From Dehalococcoidia bacterium (GTDB lineage Bacteria > Chloroflexota > Dehalococcoidia > GIF9 > AB-539-J10), in the NCBI GenBank assembly GCA_030612025.1, contig JAUWOR010000006.1, forward strand, positions 36,749 through 100,748: a DNA stretch of 64,000 nt. The letters run 5' to 3'. Of this stretch, positions 62,256-64,000 are shown one piece after another. How positions within the stretch are numbered: position 1 is the first letter of the stretch; each line of letters begins with the position of its first letter. A program made the translations under genes and the position numbers. The notes beneath the pieces were generated by a model, which worked only from the letters and a program-made list of their open reading frames with translations, was not told the DNA's origin and ran no database searches.

Positions 62256-62660
62256 TTACTCGGTGAGTACAAGGTCAGGTCGCTTCTTCCTATCACCAAT
62301 AGATGCGTCAATGGCTTTTGGTGCCAGTCTAGCGGGACGAGGTGCCGGTTTATGGCTATAGAACTCCAGCATATCACGCAGAGAGAACACTGCCTCTTCT
62401 AATCCTTCATCTGGCATAAATCCAATCATAATACAACCAAGATAACGCCCTAACATGGCTGGACTGCTGCCTGCAATGTTAATTTCGATTTGGTATGCTG
62501 TTCCAGGTTCGACAATACTATAAATAGTAAATTCACCACTCTCTATGTCGGGACTAGATAGCTCGTGGCTCCATTGCGCTATGGAGTCTTTCGGTGATTG
62601 CCCACCTAAAGAGTTGTCCTGCCAGTCTATTGAACTTGTCCAATATCTTGAAAGGTTCAT
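62256..62660 (-). CDS. Hypothetical 134-aa protein, putative antitoxin-like
   Basis: Ser-rich N-terminus, acidic helix, basic tail; GGAGG RBS lies inside the upstream gene. Confidence 0.6.
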   Translation of the reverse strand: MNLSRYWTSSIDWQDNSLGGQSPKDSIAQWSHELSSPDIESGEFTIYSIVEPGTAYQIEINIAGSSPAMLGRYLGCIMIGFMPDEGLEEAVFSLRDMLEFYSHKPAPRPARLAPKAIDASIGDRKKRPDLVLTE

Positions 62661-63345
62661 CTACACCCTCCTTTCTCTCCACTGAGAAATCAGCGTCGAT
62701 AAAATAACATTCCTCATCACTTCCGTTTGGAATAATCAATCCATGATTTAACGCTATCTGTCCATTAGGGATGTCGGGTATCTTAATAATAACTCGTGTT
62801 TGGATTCTCAAAATTGCATCCGACACGTTTTTGTCACCCAATTCAGCGATAATGTGTGTTTTGATTAAGTCCGGCCATCCTACATTAGTTAGCTCAAGAT
62901 TACGCCGTGAGATTATATCTCGATAACGCAAACCTACGCGGGAATAGAAGGCAGGTTCATACACTCTTCTAAGAGCATTCTCAGCCTTTACAATTTCCTC
63001 TCTGAATGATTCCCATCTTTCATACTTTGTCTCAGCCAAAGCCATAAACTCATCACGAAGAGATATGAAACGTTTTGAATCCTTAGTAGAGAATCTACGA
63101 GTAACCAGCCCAGGAGGCATACTCATTTGCTCAACGATAGTAACAAATTCTTTGGGTATCTGTGGTGGTACTGCGAAGGAAGGTTCTTGTTCTGAGTAAG
63201 CAGGATAATCCTTGCGAATTATGTCCTGAAAGTCAGCAAGCTGTCCTTCTCTTATCCGTAATATCGTTGGAAATCGAAATTGACAGATAACTTCTACAAG
63301 CGGATTCTTATTATATAGCACCCGCTCTGATTCTGGAAACAACAT
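62554..63345 (-). CDS. TIGR04255 family protein
   Basis: YNKNPLVEVICQFRFP, Y..WE.F, RVGLRY.D, IDAD, F.WAIT. Confidence 0.88.
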   Translation of the reverse strand: MLFPESERVLYNKNPLVEVICQFRFPTILRIREGQLADFQDIIRKDYPAYSEQEPSFAVPPQIPKEFVTIVEQMSMPPGLVTRRFSTKDSKRFISLRDEFMALAETKYERWESFREEIVKAENALRRVYEPAFYSRVGLRYRDIISRRNLELTNVGWPDLIKTHIIAELGDKNVSDAILRIQTRVIIKIPDIPNGQIALNHGLIIPNGSDEECYFIDADFSVERKEGVDEPFKILDKFNRLAGQLFRWAITERLHSAMEPRAI

Positions 63346-63539
63346 AATCTTACTCTATATATTATACTTTTTGACGGTGAGTTTAGTAGTTATCCGTACG
63401 CTTGTCAATGCGGTATACCAGCATATAGTATAGACGAATATCTTAACTAAATACTAGTTTACCACTTTCACATTTTTGACTCAAGTAGAGCATGTCGCCA
63501 ATGAGTATACATAATATATATACTATCCTCTCATTAGCA

Positions 63540-63771
63540 CAAAAAGGCTAATATAGAAACAACCTTCTCCATGATTAAGGGCAAGTTCGGAGGCTTTGTC
63601 CGTGCCAAGACACCTGTGGCTCAGGTCAATGACGTTCTCTGTAAAGTGCTTTGTCATAATATTTGCTGCCTTACCCAGTCAATCTATCAACTAGGGCTTG
63701 AGCCGACCTTCTGGACTTTTGAGGCGGAAGACCCAGTTGCCCCAAAACCACTTGAAAATATTGGCGTATGA
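63540..63771 (+). pseudogene. C-terminal remnant of a DDE transposase (IS4/IS5-like clan)
   Basis: NIETTFSMIKGKFG..VRAK....QVN.VLCKVLCHN; stop codon overlaps the right TIR. Confidence 0.75.
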
Positions 63772-63787
63772 GGCAAAGCCCTTACCC

Positions 63788-64000
63788 AGGAAGAGATATC
63801 CTTACTATGGCAAGAAGAAGTTAAAGGTTCTTTATGAGAAAGAATATTCTGAGGGGATCTCTACCTGGAAGATTGAGAGGGTAGTCAGAAGATATAAGCT
63901 TTATCCTGACCAGAAGAAGGCAGAGAAGACTGCCAGAAAGAGAGCCAGAGCTCGTCAGAAACCAAAGAAGAGAATAACTCAGCTAGTGAAGGAAGGGAGA
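63788..64000 (+). pseudogene. IS481-family transposase continuation after the insertion
   Basis: RKRYPYYGKKKLKVLY...ISTWKIERVV continues 61210..61522. Confidence 0.8.

Larger units (their letters stand above)
61523..63782. mobile_element. Non-autonomous transposon with 14-bp perfect TIRs carrying a three-gene cargo
   Basis: agggctttgcctca (61523-61536) / tgaggcaaagccct (63769-63782); splits an IS481 ORF; contains a transposase C-terminal remnant. Confidence 0.8.

Noticed and set aside
1-64000. tRNA, rRNA or riboswitch genes
   Set aside because: None recognised by eye; tRNAscan-SE or Rfam would be needed to exclude them.

Overview
This is a bacterial chromosome segment, most consistent with Chloroflexota/Dehalococcoidia. 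That placement is an inference from the rpoB-rpoC-ruvB-mutS-ybeY order, single-chain GlyRS, ThyX and archaeal-type PAC2 proteins. A housekeeping backbone (rpoB, rpoC, ruvB, mutS, ybeY, rnhB, mnmA, tmk, pdxS, rsmG, thyX, glyQS, ade, hpt) is interrupted by three accessory zones. (1) 1-13.3 kb: attC-like cassette remnants with toxin-antitoxin genes, a type ISP/IIG-like R-M enzyme, a DUF763 gene flanked by duplicates of both its own ends, a TIGR04255-like/MNT-like/HEPN triplet and a tandem solo Cas4-like nuclease. (2) 29.6-45.1 kb: a catabolic island with a nitrilase, DUF2848, cupin, two aconitase-X pairs (one lacking two Fe-S cysteines), a TAXI-TRAP transporter and an MFS transporter. (3) 61.2-64 kb: a TIR-bounded non-autonomous transposon carrying a TIGR04255/small protein/PemK-like triplet, inserted into an IS481 transposase. 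Several families of small repeats are scattered throughout, some in frame within core genes, including inverted 7-mer arrays that bracket a four-helix-bundle gene and also occur empty. The best candidates for an undescribed system are the two modular TIGR04255-led triplets and the heptamer-array/four-helix-bundle element. All family calls come from motif recognition by eye; no searches were run.
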